Positions 32,354-42,628 of a DNA stretch of 64,000 bases are shown here, piece after piece. Made by a program: the position numbers and the translations under genes. Numbering within the stretch: position 1 is the stretch's first letter; each line of letters starts with the position of its first letter. The stretch lies in contig DASQZM010000075.1 in NCBI GenBank assembly GCA_035638695.1, forward strand, positions 43,003 to 107,002, written 5' to 3'. The notes below the pieces were generated by a model. It was given only the letters and a program-made list of their open reading frames with translations, was not told the DNA's origin and made no database searches. This DNA is from Gammaproteobacteria bacterium. Its GTDB lineage: Bacteria; Pseudomonadota; Gammaproteobacteria; UBA5335; SLRW01.

Positions 32354-35344
32354 ATGAGTACTACTGCATCCGAGTGCACGGTCACGATCGACGGGCGGCA
32401 GCTCACAGCCGCCCGGGGCCGGCAGCTGATCGAGGTCTGCCGCGATTACGGCATCGAGATGCCGCGGCTGTGCTACCACCCATCGCTCGGCTCCCTCCAG
32501 ACCTGTGATGCCTGCTGGGTGGAGGTGGACGGCGAGCTCGCCCGCGGCTGCGCGGTGACGGTCCGGGAGGGCATGCGCGTACGCATTGCCGGAGAGGAAG
32601 CGGCCGCCGCCCGGCGGGAGGGCATGGACCGGGTGCTCGCCAATCACGAGTTGTACTGCACGTTGTGCGACAACAACCACGGCGGGTGCGAGCTGCACAA
32701 TGCGGTGGAGCACATGCGCGTGCCCGGCCAGCGGTATCCGTTCCGGGGCAAGCCTTACGAGCCTGACACCGGCAACCCCTTCTACGTCTACGACCCCGAC
32801 CAATGCATCCTATGCGGGCGCTGCGTGGAGGCCTGCCAGAACCTGCAGGTCAACGAGACCCTGACGATCGACTGGAGCCTCGAGCGGCCGCGCGTGGTCT
32901 GGGACGGCGGCGCGCCGATCGACCAGTCCAGCTGCGTGTCCTGCGGGCACTGCGTCACGGTGTGCCCGTGCAACGCCCTGATGGAAAAAACGATGCTCGG
33001 CGAGGGTGGACCGTTCACCCGGCTGTCGCCGCAGGCCGACCCGAAGGAGGACGCCGGGCGCAAGGCGATCGATCTGGTCAAGGCGCTGGAGCCGCTGACC
33101 GGCTTCGGCCCGATCTTCGGCATCGCCGACATGGAAGCGGAGCTGCGCCGGGGCGAGATCCGCCGGAGCAAAACCGTGTGCACTTACTGCGGGGTCGGCT
33201 GCAGCTTCGACATTTGGACCCGCGGGCGACGCATCCTGAAGGTCCAGCCGGTGCCCGAGGCGCCAGCGAACGGGATCTCCACCTGTGTAAAGGGCAAGTT
33301 CGGCTGGGATTTTGTCAACAGCGAGGACCGCCTCACGCGGCCGCTGATCCGAACCGCCGACGGCTTCCGCGAGGCTGGCTGGGACGAGGCGCTGGCGCTG
33401 GTGGCGCGCCGCCTGGGCGAAATCCGCGCCGAGCACGGACCCGACGCGCTGGGCTTCATCGCTTCCTCCAAATGCACCACGGAGGAGTCTTTCCTGATGC
33501 AGAAGCTGGCGCGGCAGGTGATCGGCACCAACAACGTTGACAACTGCTCGCGCTACTGCCAAGCACCCGCGACCGTCGGATTGTGGCGTACGGTCGGCTA
33601 TGGCGGGGACTCCGGATCGATCTCCGATCTCGCCCAGGCGGAGGTGCTGGTGATCGTGGGCTCGAACACGGCCGAGAGTCATCCGGTGATCGCCACGCGG
33701 ATGAAGCGGGCCCAGAAGCTCAAGGGACAGCAACACATCGTCGCGGATCCGCGCGGCAACGAGATGGCACGGCGCGCCGACCTGCACCTGCAGCCGATCC
33801 CCGGCACCGACCTGGTGTGGCTGTCGGCCCTCAGCCGCTACATCCTGGACAACGGGCTGGCCGACGAGGCCTTCCTGGACCAGCGGGTCAAGGGATTGGA
33901 TGCCTACCGGGAAAGCCTGGAGCCATACACGCTGGAATACGCGGAACAGGTGACCGGCATCCCGCGGGACCGGCTGGAGCAGGCTGCGCGGATGGTTGCC
34001 GGGGCCGGGAGTGTCTGCGGCGTCTGGGCCATGGGCGTGACCCAGCACGGCGCGGGCTCGGATACCTCCACCGCCATCTCCAACCTGCTCCTGGTCACAG
34101 GCAACTACGGCCGGCCCGGCACCGGCGGGTACCCCATGCGCGGTCACAACAACGTCCAGGGCACCAGCGACTTCGGTTCCATGCCGGACCGTTTCCCGGG
34201 CTACGAGTTCGTCACCGACGATGCCGTGCGCGCGCGCTACGAGCGGGCGTGGGGAGCACGCCTGCCGGCCACCCCGGGGTTCAACAACCACCAGATGGTC
34301 GAGGCCGTCCATGAGGGGCGGTTGCGCGGGATGTACATCCTGGGCGAGGAGATGGGCATCGTCGACTCGCACGCGCAGTACGTGCAGCAAGCGTTCGAGA
34401 AGCTCGATTTTCTGGTGGTCCAGGACGTGTTCTTCTCACGCACGGCGGAGTTTGCCGACGTGATCCTGCCGGCGTGCCCGTCGCTGGAAAAGGAGGGTAC
34501 GTTCGTCAACACCGAGCGGCGGATCCAGCGCCTCTACCAGGTGCTGGAGCCCCTGGGGGATTCGCGCCCCGACTGGCGCATCCTGCGGGATGTCGCACGG
34601 GCCCTCGGGACGGATTGGAGCTACACCCATCCGCGGGAGGTGATGGACGAGGCGGCATCCCTGGCCCCGCTGTTCGCCGGCGTGAGCTACGCGCGCCTGG
34701 AGGGCTATGCCTCGCAACAGTGGCCGGTGGCTGCGAACGGTGCCGGTACGCCGCTGCTGTACACGGAAGGTTTCCATTTCGACGACGGCATGGCGCGACT
34801 GTACCCGCTCGAGTGGCGCGAACCCACCGAGCAGCCGGACCACGAGTACGATCTGCACCTGAACAACGGGCGCCTGCTGGAGCACTTCCATGAGGGCAAC
34901 CTGACCTACCGGTCCGCGGGCATCCGTGCCAAGGTCGGCGGGACGTTCGTCGAGGTCTCGCCGGAGCTTGCCGAAGAGCGGGGCGTGCGCGACGGCAGCG
35001 TGGTACGCCTGGTGTCCCGTCGGGGCGCCGTACGGGTGGGCGTGGTAGTGACCGACCGGGTGCGCGCGCACGAGCTTTACATGCCGATGAACGGCCGCGC
35101 CAACGAGGAGGCCGTCAACGTGCTGACCAGCTTCCTGGCCGACCGCGATACGGACACCCCGGCCTACAAGGAAGTCGCCGTGCGCATGGAGGTGCTGAGC
35201 GTCGACGGCGAGCCGGTGCTTCGGCGTAACAACCACCGCTATGGCTGCCCGACCCCGGCGACCGGGATACAGGTGGACCGCAAGTGGCGGCGCGAAGACT
35301 ATGTCCGCCCGCCGGGCAGAGCGCCGCGCGATGGAGGGCTGTGA
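32354..35344 (+). CDS. fdhA: formate dehydrogenase alpha subunit, Cys-type (2Fe-2S + 4Fe-4S + Mo/W-bisPGD domains; YjgC/FdhF-like)
   Basis: N-terminal 2Fe-2S and NuoG-like Cys clusters and two ferredoxin CxxCxxCxxxCP motifs. The molybdopterin domain has SRYCQAP where Sec-type enzymes carry U. No in-frame TGA. fdhD lies downstream. Confidence 0.88.
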   Translation: MSTTASECTVTIDGRQLTAARGRQLIEVCRDYGIEMPRLCYHPSLGSLQTCDACWVEVDGELARGCAVTVREGMRVRIAGEEAAAARREGMDRVLANHELYCTLCDNNHGGCELHNAVEHMRVPGQRYPFRGKPYEPDTGNPFYVYDPDQCILCGRCVEACQNLQVNETLTIDWSLERPRVVWDGGAPIDQSSCVSCGHCVTVCPCNALMEKTMLGEGGPFTRLSPQADPKEDAGRKAIDLVKALEPLTGFGPIFGIADMEAELRRGEIRRSKTVCTYCGVGCSFDIWTRGRRILKVQPVPEAPANGISTCVKGKFGWDFVNSEDRLTRPLIRTADGFREAGWDEALALVARRLGEIRAEHGPDALGFIASSKCTTEESFLMQKLARQVIGTNNVDNCSRYCQAPATVGLWRTVGYGGDSGSISDLAQAEVLVIVGSNTAESHPVIATRMKRAQKLKGQQHIVADPRGNEMARRADLHLQPIPGTDLVWLSALSRYILDNGLADEAFLDQRVKGLDAYRESLEPYTLEYAEQVTGIPRDRLEQAARMVAGAGSVCGVWAMGVTQHGAGSDTSTAISNLLLVTGNYGRPGTGGYPMRGHNNVQGTSDFGSMPDRFPGYEFVTDDAVRARYERAWGARLPATPGFNNHQMVEAVHEGRLRGMYILGEEMGIVDSHAQYVQQAFEKLDFLVVQDVFFSRTAEFADVILPACPSLEKEGTFVNTERRIQRLYQVLEPLGDSRPDWRILRDVARALGTDWSYTHPREVMDEAASLAPLFAGVSYARLEGYASQQWPVAANGAGTPLLYTEGFHFDDGMARLYPLEWREPTEQPDHEYDLHLNNGRLLEHFHEGNLTYRSAGIRAKVGGTFVEVSPELAEERGVRDGSVVRLVSRRGAVRVGVVVTDRVRAHELYMPMNGRANEEAVNVLTSFLADRDTDTPAYKEVAVRMEVLSVDGEPVLRRNNHRYGCPTPATGIQVDRKWRREDYVRPPGRAPRDGGL

Positions 35345-35823
35345 TGGCACAACGACGTGAATACCGGCCGGGGCCGGGTAGGCAAGACGCCGGCACGGCA
35401 CAGCCGGACCCGGCGCGCGTCGCCGGACAGCTGGCCGTGCTCGGGGACCTGGTCGCCGAGCTCGAACGCCAGGGCGTGCTGCGCCTGTTGCGCGACCTCG
35501 GCGCGGCCGCACCCGGCGCGCTGGAAATCGCCCTGCGCGGTCTGGAAGGCGAGGGCGGGCGCAACGCGCTGCAGAACCTGGTCCTGCTGGCCCGGGAGCT
35601 GGGGCGGATCGAGCCGGCGGAGCTCGAGCGGATGCTGGCGGCGCTACACGCGGGGCTGGCGCCCGTTGTGGAGCCCGGGCCGGACCAGGCTGCGGGATCG
35701 GGCCTGCGGGTGGCCTGGGCGGTGCTCAGCGACGGCGCGCTGTGGCGCTCGCTGGCACCTCTGCTGGAAGGGCTGCAGGCGTTTCGGGCATCGCTGGCCG
35801 CGCAACCCGGTCGACATGAGTAG
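35344..35823 (+). CDS. DUF1641 domain protein (FDH-associated, YjgD/YrhD-like)
   Basis: TGATG junction with fdhA. Leu-rich helical repeats (GVLRLLRDLG...NLVLLARELG). The fdhA-DUF1641 pairing is known from Bacillus. Confidence 0.72.
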   Translation: MAQRREYRPGPGRQDAGTAQPDPARVAGQLAVLGDLVAELERQGVLRLLRDLGAAAPGALEIALRGLEGEGGRNALQNLVLLARELGRIEPAELERMLAALHAGLAPVVEPGPDQAAGSGLRVAWAVLSDGALWRSLAPLLEGLQAFRASLAAQPGRHE

Positions 35824-36643
35824 CCGGGACCGGCGCCGCATCTCGATCACGGCACTGGAAGGGGGCGTTCTGCGGCGCCGGACGGACTGTCTGGCCGAGG
35901 AGGCGCCGCTGGAAATCCACATTGCCGGTGTGCCGCCGCTGGTCACCATGCGCACACCGGGGCAGGACGAGGAGCTGGTCGCCGGACTGATGTTCAGCGA
36001 GGGCGTCGTGCGGGACGCGTCCGAGATCGTGTCCCTGCGGCCCGGCGCCGGGGCGCGCGGCCGGATCGTGCGCCTGATGCTGCGGGCGGCGGCGCGGCGG
36101 CGGCTGCCGCTGGCGGAGCGGAGCAGCCTGGCAAGCAGCGCCTGCGGTATCTGTGGCAAGCCCAGCTTCTCCACGGCGCTGCTGGATCGCCAGCCGCCCC
36201 CGCGCGGCGCGGAGCGGATCGGGCCGCATGTCCTGGACTGCTTGCCGGGGCGGCTTCGGGCGGCGCAGGGGCTGTTCGAGCGGACCGGGGGATTGCACGC
36301 GGCGGGCCTGTTCAGCGCCACGGGCGAGCTGCTGGCGGCGCGCGAGGACGTGGGCCGGCACAATGCGCTCGACAAGCTGGTAGGCTGGGGCCTGCGCGGC
36401 GGCAGCCTGCCCTGGAGCGACCGGATCATGCTGCTCAGCGGACGCGCGAGCTACGAGCTGCTGCACAAGTGCGTCATGGCCGGCGTCCCGGTGGTGTGCG
36501 CGATCTCGGCGCCCAGCAGTCTGGCCGTGGACATTGCCCGGCGTTTCGGCGTCACCCTGGCGGGATTCCTGCGGGACGGGCGCGTCAACCTCTATTCGGC
36601 TCCGTGGCGCGTGTCGGGAGCGGCTGCGCAACGCCGGGGCTAG
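35816..36643 (+). CDS. fdhD: formate dehydrogenase accessory sulfurtransferase FdhD
   Basis: Conserved SACGICGK motif, [18 protein letters not shown] and GRHNALDK. 8-nt overlap with the DUF1641 gene. Confidence 0.92.
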   Translation: MSSRDRRRISITALEGGVLRRRTDCLAEEAPLEIHIAGVPPLVTMRTPGQDEELVAGLMFSEGVVRDASEIVSLRPGAGARGRIVRLMLRAAARRRLPLAERSSLASSACGICGKPSFSTALLDRQPPPRGAERIGPHVLDCLPGRLRAAQGLFERTGGLHAAGLFSATGELLAAREDVGRHNALDKLVGWGLRGGSLPWSDRIMLLSGRASYELLHKCVMAGVPVVCAISAPSSLAVDIARRFGVTLAGFLRDGRVNLYSAPWRVSGAAAQRRG

Positions 36644-39441
36644 ACCGAACGGGACGAGGGTCGGGAGCCGGCGGCCGTCCGCCCGTGGCGTGCCAGGAAC
36701 CGCCCGATTTCGCGGTTGAGGCGGGCGAGCAGATAGGCGCTGTGCTCGCTGTCGAGGCTGCCGGTCTCGTCCCGCAGGTGGGTCTCCAGCTCGTGCGCAC
36801 GGCTCTGGATCATCACCAGACCGCAGAAAGCCGCGGAGCCGTGGATGAGGTGGACCTGTGCCGCCATGGTTTCACGGTCCTCCCGGGCGAAGGCCTCGCT
36901 CATTGCCTCGCGCTGGTGCGGCAGGTCCTCCAGCAGCATCTCCAGGATCTCCGGGTCGTCGGGCGGCGTGTCCACTGCCAGGTCCCCGTCCGGCAGCTCC
37001 CCCGTCGCGGCCTGCTCCGGCGGCGCCGGGGCGGGGGTCGGGAGTGCGGGGGGCGTGCCATAGGCGGGTCGGGCGAGCGTGCGCTGGATGGTCGCGACCA
37101 GTGTCTCCTCGCGGATGGGCTTGACCAGGCAGGCGTCCATTCCAGCGTCCAGGAACCGCTGCTGCTCTTCCGGGATGGCGTTGGCGGTGACGGCGATTAC
37201 CGGCGTGTGGCGCTCAGGTTTCTCGGCCGAGCGGATGCGCCGGACAACTTCGGTGCCGCTCAGTACAGGCATGTGCACGTCGAGCAACACCGCATCGAAA
37301 TCCGCCAACCGGAACTGCTCCAGGGCCGCCCGGCCGTCTCCCGCCTCGGTCACCACGGCGCCGTACCGGCGAAGCTGGGCGGCCAGCAGGCGCAGGTTGA
37401 TGCGGTTGTCGTCGGCGGCCAGCAGGCGCAGCCCTGCCAAACTGCTGCGGGGCAGCTCCACGCCGTCGCCGCGGCTCGGCGGACCTTCCGGGGCGCGCCC
37501 GACGCCGGGGGCGACGAGCCGGCACATCTGCTCGTACAGGCGGCTGTGATTGATCACTTTCGGCAGGCAGATGTCGGCGCCGAGCCCGCAGACTCGCTGG
37601 TGCAGGGTGCGGTCGACCGAGTTCACCAGCACCACGGTGTTGCGGCCAGCCCGGCGCAGACGATCGAGCACACCGCGAACGCCGCGCTGGTCCAGGCCGC
37701 TCCGGGCCAGTCCCAGGACCACGAAATCATACGCCCGGCCGGCCGCGTCGGCCCGTGCCAGGCTCGTCTCCAGGGCTTCCAGGGTATCCACCTCGTCCAC
37801 GCTCATGCCCCATTCCTCCAGCGTGTGGGCAATGGCGAGGCTGGACAGGTGGTAGCTTTCGAACAGCAGGGCCCGCCGGCCCCGCAGGCCCTCCGGCGGC
37901 TGCTCGGGCTCGTGCTGCTCCTGTTCGCAACGCCGGAGTGTGAGCGTGAACCAGAATTTCGAGCCCTTGTCCAGGCGGCTGCGGAAGCCGATGCGACCGC
38001 CCATCGCCTGGAGCAGCTTCTCTGATACGAACAGCCCCAGACCGGTCCCGCCGAAGCGCCGGGTGGAGGAGGAATCGGCCTGGGTGAAGGCCTGGAAGAT
38101 GCGTTCCTGCTCCCGCGGGTCGATACCGATCCCGGTGTCGGCGACGCTGACCGTGAGGGTGACATCGTCGGCGGTCTCGGCCTCGTTCATCACCCGCACC
38201 GTGACGTTGCCGCGCGGGGTAAACTTGACCGCGTTGCTGAGCAGGTTGGTCAGGATCTGGCGCAGGCGGACCGGGTCCCCGCACACGCGCGCGGGGACGT
38301 CGGAGTAGATCAGGTGCACCAGCTCCAGCTCCTTCTCGTAGGCCAGGGGCGCCAGCAGCCCGACGGTGTCCTCGACCAGCTCCCGCAGGTTGAACGGCAC
38401 GTTCTCCAGTACCAGCTTGCCGGCCTCCACGCGGGAGAAGTCGAGAATGTCGTTGATGATGCTGAGCAGGTTGCCGGCCGACTTGTGGATGATCTGGACG
38501 TATTCCTCCTGTTCCCGGTCCATGCGCGTCTGCGCCAGCAGGTGGGCGAAGCCGATGATGCCGTTGACCGGGGTCCGGATCTCGTGGCTCATGTTGGCGA
38601 GAAACCCGGACTTGACCCGGCTGGCTTCCTCGGCGCGGCGCCGGGCCAGATCCAGCTCCACGTTCTTCACCTCCAGCTCTTCAAGGGTGCTGCGCAGCTC
38701 GCCGGTCGCCTGGTCGATCTGCTCCTGCAAGTCGCGATGGCCGGCCTGGAGCGATTCCGCCATGGCGTTGATACCGCGCTCCAGCGTTCCGAGCTCGCCG
38801 CCGGACTTTTCCGATACCCGGCGGCTGAGTTCGCCCCGCCGCAGCGCGCGGACGCCCTCGGTCAGACGCAGGATCGGGCGGGTTACGTCACGGCTTGCCT
38901 GCAGCGCGAGCAGGAAACTGATGAGCAGTCCGATCAGGGTGATCAGGAGCCCGTTGACCAGCACCTCAACCTGCCGGCTGCTGGTTTCGGCGCGCGACAG
39001 CTGGACCTCCACCCAGCCGCGCCCGGAGCCCCCGCCGGCGACCGGGACGGTGATGGGTACGCGGAAGGACTGCAGCGCGCCGGTCGCACCGGGGGCGATA
39101 TGGCGCAGTATCCACCCGGGCGGCGCCAGCTGTCCCGTGGATCTCTCGGCGTGGGCGAGTACCCTTCCGGACGGCCCGGTGATCCGCACTTGGGTGACCG
39201 CCTTGTCGCTCAGTGCCGCACCGACCAGGTGATCGAGCATGGCTTGGTCCTTGTGAACCAGCGCGTAGCGCGCCGCCGGCGCCAGCTGGCTCGCGATCGC
39301 GCGGCCGACCGTGCTGTGGGCCTGCTCCAGGTCCTGGATACGGGTGCTCACCAGGTACAGGCCGACGATTACCGCCAGCAGTGCGGGTGGCAGCACGGCC
39401 AGCAGTAGCATCCGGTCCCGTATTCCCCAGCGTTTGAGCAC
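36640..39441 (-). CDS. gacS: hybrid sensor histidine kinase GacS/BarA (TM-periplasmic-TM-HAMP-HisKA-HATPase-pseudoREC-REC-Hpt)
   Basis: H-box SHEIRTP and G-box GGTGLGL. REC with DDN...LLDVHMP. Hpt [14 protein letters not shown] at 39441 gives (M)[20 protein letters not shown], which parallels the P. aeruginosa GacS N-terminus. Divergent cysM as in Pseudomonas. The ORF is open to 39462. Confidence 0.9.
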   Translation of the reverse strand: MLKRWGIRDRMLLLAVLPPALLAVIVGLYLVSTRIQDLEQAHSTVGRAIASQLAPAARYALVHKDQAMLDHLVGAALSDKAVTQVRITGPSGRVLAHAERSTGQLAPPGWILRHIAPGATGALQSFRVPITVPVAGGGSGRGWVEVQLSRAETSSRQVEVLVNGLLITLIGLLISFLLALQASRDVTRPILRLTEGVRALRRGELSRRVSEKSGGELGTLERGINAMAESLQAGHRDLQEQIDQATGELRSTLEELEVKNVELDLARRRAEEASRVKSGFLANMSHEIRTPVNGIIGFAHLLAQTRMDREQEEYVQIIHKSAGNLLSIINDILDFSRVEAGKLVLENVPFNLRELVEDTVGLLAPLAYEKELELVHLIYSDVPARVCGDPVRLRQILTNLLSNAVKFTPRGNVTVRVMNEAETADDVTLTVSVADTGIGIDPREQERIFQAFTQADSSSTRRFGGTGLGLFVSEKLLQAMGGRIGFRSRLDKGSKFWFTLTLRRCEQEQHEPEQPPEGLRGRRALLFESYHLSSLAIAHTLEEWGMSVDEVDTLEALETSLARADAAGRAYDFVVLGLARSGLDQRGVRGVLDRLRRAGRNTVVLVNSVDRTLHQRVCGLGADICLPKVINHSRLYEQMCRLVAPGVGRAPEGPPSRGDGVELPRSSLAGLRLLAADDNRINLRLLAAQLRRYGAVVTEAGDGRAALEQFRLADFDAVLLDVHMPVLSGTEVVRRIRSAEKPERHTPVIAVTANAIPEEQQRFLDAGMDACLVKPIREETLVATIQRTLARPAYGTPPALPTPAPAPPEQAATGELPDGDLAVDTPPDDPEILEMLLEDLPHQREAMSEAFAREDRETMAAQVHLIHGSAAFCGLVMIQSRAHELETHLRDETGSLDSEHSAYLLARLNREIGRFLARHGRTAAGSRPSSRSV

Positions 39442-39571
39442 GACGCGCCTTCCCCTGTGCACGGCAGTGCGCCGGACCAGTTGCTGATGTTACTTCGCCG
39501 GCCCGCCAGCGAAAAGCCGCCCGCGGACGCATCCCTTACGTGTTTCCGACCCTTTCGAGTAAACTTGCGAG

Positions 39572-40465
39572 ATGTCCTACCCGATGATCGAAAGCTGCGT
39601 GGGCGACACGCCGCTGGTGCAATTGCAGCGCCTTCCGGGCGCTACCAGCAATACGCTCCTGGCCAAGCTGGAGGGCAACAACCCCGCCGGTTCGGTCAAG
39701 GACCGCCCGGCGGTGGGCATGATCCGCGGCGCTGAGGCGCGGGGTGACATCCGCCCGGGGGACACCCTGATCGAGGCGACCAGCGGCAACACCGGCATCG
39801 CCCTGGCGATGGCGGCCGCGATCCGGGGCTATCGGCTGCGGCTGATCATGCCGGAAAACGCGAGTGCCGAGCGGGCCGCCACCATGAAGGCCTACGGCGC
39901 GGAGCTGGTGACCGTAAGCCGCGCGGCCGGGATGGAGGGTGCGCGGGACCTGGCCCGCCAGATGCGGGAGCAGGGCGAGGGCTACGTCCTCGACCAATTC
40001 GCCAACCCGGACAATCCCAGGGCCCACTACGAGGGCACCGGGCCGGAGATCTGGCGCGATACCGGGGGTCGTGTGACGCACTTCGTCAGCTCCATGGGCA
40101 CCACGGGCACGATCATGGGGACCTCGCGCTATCTCAAGGAGCGCAGCACGGCCATAGAGGTGGTCGGCGTGCAGCCGCGTGACGGCGCCAGTATCCCGGG
40201 GATCCGGAGATGGCCGGAAGCCTACCTGCCCTCGATCTTCGAGCCGGCGCGCGTGGATCGGATCATCGATGTCGGCCAGGAAGAGGCCGAGAAGGGCGCC
40301 CGCGCGCTCGCGGCGCGCGAGGGGATCTTCGCGGGCGTGTCCTCCGGCGGCGCGGTGGCCGCGGCGCTGCGTCTTTCCGCGGAGCTTTCCGATGCGGTGA
40401 TCGTGGTGATCGTGTGCGATCGTGGCGACCGCTACGTATCCACCGGCGTCTTCCCGCTGGACTAG
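39572..40465 (+). CDS. cysM: cysteine synthase B
   Basis: PLP-lysine motif NPAGSVKDRPA and TSGNTGIALA. Confidence 0.95.
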   Translation: MSYPMIESCVGDTPLVQLQRLPGATSNTLLAKLEGNNPAGSVKDRPAVGMIRGAEARGDIRPGDTLIEATSGNTGIALAMAAAIRGYRLRLIMPENASAERAATMKAYGAELVTVSRAAGMEGARDLARQMREQGEGYVLDQFANPDNPRAHYEGTGPEIWRDTGGRVTHFVSSMGTTGTIMGTSRYLKERSTAIEVVGVQPRDGASIPGIRRWPEAYLPSIFEPARVDRIIDVGQEEAEKGARALAAREGIFAGVSSGGAVAAALRLSAELSDAVIVVIVCDRGDRYVSTGVFPLD

Positions 40466-40487
40466 GCGCGAGGTCGTACGGATTTGC

Positions 40488-41282
40488 ATGAATGTCTTCA
40501 CCTTCGACATCGAGACCGTGCCGGACGTCGCCAGTGGCAGGCGGCTGTACGACGTGCCGGACCTCGATGACGACGACGTTGCGCGGATCATGTTCCACCA
40601 GCGCCGGCAGAAGACCGGCGGCAGCGAGTTTCTGCCCCTGTACCTGCACCGGGTGGTGGCGATCTCGGTGTGCCTGCGTTCCGGTGAGACTTTCCGGGTA
40701 TGGTCCCTGGGCGAACCGGAGGCGGACGAGCCGGAGTTGATCCGGCGCTTTTTCGACGGCATCGAGCGCTTCGTGCCCGACATCGTGTCGTGGAACGGTG
40801 GCGGGTTCGATCTCCCGGTGCTGCATTACCGCGCCCTGCTGCACGGCGTCGCCGCCCCCCGGTACTGGGAAACCGGTGACGAGGACAGCGCGTTCCGCTA
40901 CAACAACTACCTCAACCGGTTCCACTCCCGGCATACCGACCTCATGGACGTGCTGTCCGGCTACCAGGGGCGCGCGGTGGCACCGCTCGAGGAGATCGCG
41001 GTGCTGCTCGGCCTACCCGGCAAAATGGGCATGCATGGCTCGCATGTCTGGGAGCATTTCCGGGAAGGCCAGATCGGGGCGATCCGCGACTACTGCGAAA
41101 CCGACGTGCTCAACACCTATCTCGTCTATCTGCGCTTCCAGCGCATGCGGGGGAGGCTCTCACGCGAGGGCTACGCGGCCGAATGTGCGGTATTGCGCGA
41201 AGGACTCGAGAAGGACGGCCGCCGGCACCTGCTCGAGTTCCTGGATCACTGGATCGCGGCCGGTGGTGCCGGGGAGGGCTGA
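40488..41282 (+). CDS. predicted 3'-5' exonuclease, PolB-exonuclease-domain-like (COG3298-type)
   Basis: MNVFTFDIETVPD ExoI-like motif, WNGGGFDLPVL, and a C-terminal YCETDVLNTYLVYLRF ExoIII-like motif. Confidence 0.8.
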   Translation: MNVFTFDIETVPDVASGRRLYDVPDLDDDDVARIMFHQRRQKTGGSEFLPLYLHRVVAISVCLRSGETFRVWSLGEPEADEPELIRRFFDGIERFVPDIVSWNGGGFDLPVLHYRALLHGVAAPRYWETGDEDSAFRYNNYLNRFHSRHTDLMDVLSGYQGRAVAPLEEIAVLLGLPGKMGMHGSHVWEHFREGQIGAIRDYCETDVLNTYLVYLRFQRMRGRLSREGYAAECAVLREGLEKDGRRHLLEFLDHWIAAGGAGEG

Positions 41283-42628
41283 TGGCGGTGGCACGGCATG
41301 CGCGCGGTCAGCGGCCCGCTCCAGACCTGCTGGAAGTGGAGATCGAGTCGCTGGCCCACGACGGCCGCGGGGTCGCCCGGGTCGACGGCAAGGCGACCTT
41401 TGTGCACGGGGCTTTGCCCGGGGAGCGCGTGCGGGTGCGGCCGGTGCGCCGCCGGCGCGAGTTCGACGAAGCGGAGGCGGTCGCCGTGCTGCGGGGCTCT
41501 CCGGACCGGGTCGAGCCGGGCTGCCGCTACTACGGGGCCTGTGGTGGCTGCAGCCTGCAACACCTCGCTCCACGGCGCCAGATTGAAGCCAGGGAGCAGA
41601 CTCTGCTGGACAACCTGGCGCGCATCGCCGGGTTGCGCCCGGATCGGATACTCCCGCCGCTGACCGGCCCGGCTTGGGGCTATCGCTGCAAGGCGCGGCT
41701 GGGGGTACGCGACGTGCCGGGCAAGGGACGCGTCCTGGTCGGTTTCCGCGAGCGTGGCAGCAGCTTCATCGCCGACATGGCCCGGTGCGAGGTGCTGCAT
41801 CCGGCGGTGGGGGACCGTCTGGAGGCCCTCTCCGGGCTGATCGGTTCGCTCGATATCCGGCGCCGTGTGCCACAGGTGGAGGTGGCCGTGGGGGACGACG
41901 CGATCGCGCTCGTGCTGCGTGTGCTGGCCGAGCCGGGCGCGGCCGACCGCGAACGACTGGGTGCGTTCGCGCAGCGCGAGGGCATCCGGATCTACCTGCA
42001 GCCCGGCGGCACGGATTCGGTCCGGCCCCTGGAAGGAGATGACGCGCCGCTGCGTTACGCGCTGGATGAAGGCAACATCACCATCGGCTTCCGGCCCACG
42101 GATTTCACCCAGGTCAATCCGGGGATCAATCGCGTGATGGTGGACCAGGCCATGGCCCTGCTGCGTCCGCAGGGGACCCGCGTCCTCGACCTGTTTTGCG
42201 GACTGGGCAATTTCACCCTGCCGCTGGCGCGGCGCGCCCGGCAGGTCACGGGCGTTGAGGGAGACGCCACGCTGGTCCGGCGTGCGCGGGAGAACGCTGC
42301 GGCCAACCGCCTGGCGAATGTCACGTTCCATGCCGCCGATCTGCACGATCCGGCGCTGCTGCGAGACGCGCCGTGGTTCGCGCAGCGCTTCGATCGGGTG
42401 CTGCTGGATCCCCCGCGCTCCGGAGCGCGCGAGGTGCTCGACCGGATCGCCGCCGCCGGCGCGGAGCGCGTGGTCTACGTTTCCTGCCACCCCGCCAGCC
42501 TGGCCCGCGATGCCGGCATCCTGGCCGGTGACCACGGCTATCGTCTCGAGGCTGCGGGCGTGATGGATATGTTTCCGCAGACCTCGCATGTCGAGGCCAT
42601 GGCCTGTTTCGCGCGCGTGAGGCGTTGA
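41282..42628 (+). CDS. rlmD: 23S rRNA (uracil1939-C5)-methyltransferase RlmD (RumA)
   Basis: TRAM domain, Fe-S Cys motif CRYYGACGGCSLQH, SAM motif LDLFCGLGNFTLPLA, catalytic YVSCHPASLARD. TGATG junction with the upstream gene. Confidence 0.93.
   Translation: MAVARHARGQRPAPDLLEVEIESLAHDGRGVARVDGKATFVHGALPGERVRVRPVRRRREFDEAEAVAVLRGSPDRVEPGCRYYGACGGCSLQHLAPRRQIEAREQTLLDNLARIAGLRPDRILPPLTGPAWGYRCKARLGVRDVPGKGRVLVGFRERGSSFIADMARCEVLHPAVGDRLEALSGLIGSLDIRRRVPQVEVAVGDDAIALVLRVLAEPGAADRERLGAFAQREGIRIYLQPGGTDSVRPLEGDDAPLRYALDEGNITIGFRPTDFTQVNPGINRVMVDQAMALLRPQGTRVLDLFCGLGNFTLPLARRARQVTGVEGDATLVRRARENAAANRLANVTFHAADLHDPALLRDAPWFAQRFDRVLLDPPRSGAREVLDRIAAAGAERVVYVSCHPASLARDAGILAGDHGYRLEAAGVMDMFPQTSHVEAMACFARVRR

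Noticed and set aside
32354-35344. Possible selenocysteine (in-frame TGA plus SECIS) in the formate dehydrogenase gene.
   Set aside because: The reading frame is uninterrupted. The position aligned with the Sec/Cys ligand reads Cys (SRYCQAP). This is therefore a Cys-type enzyme with no recoding.
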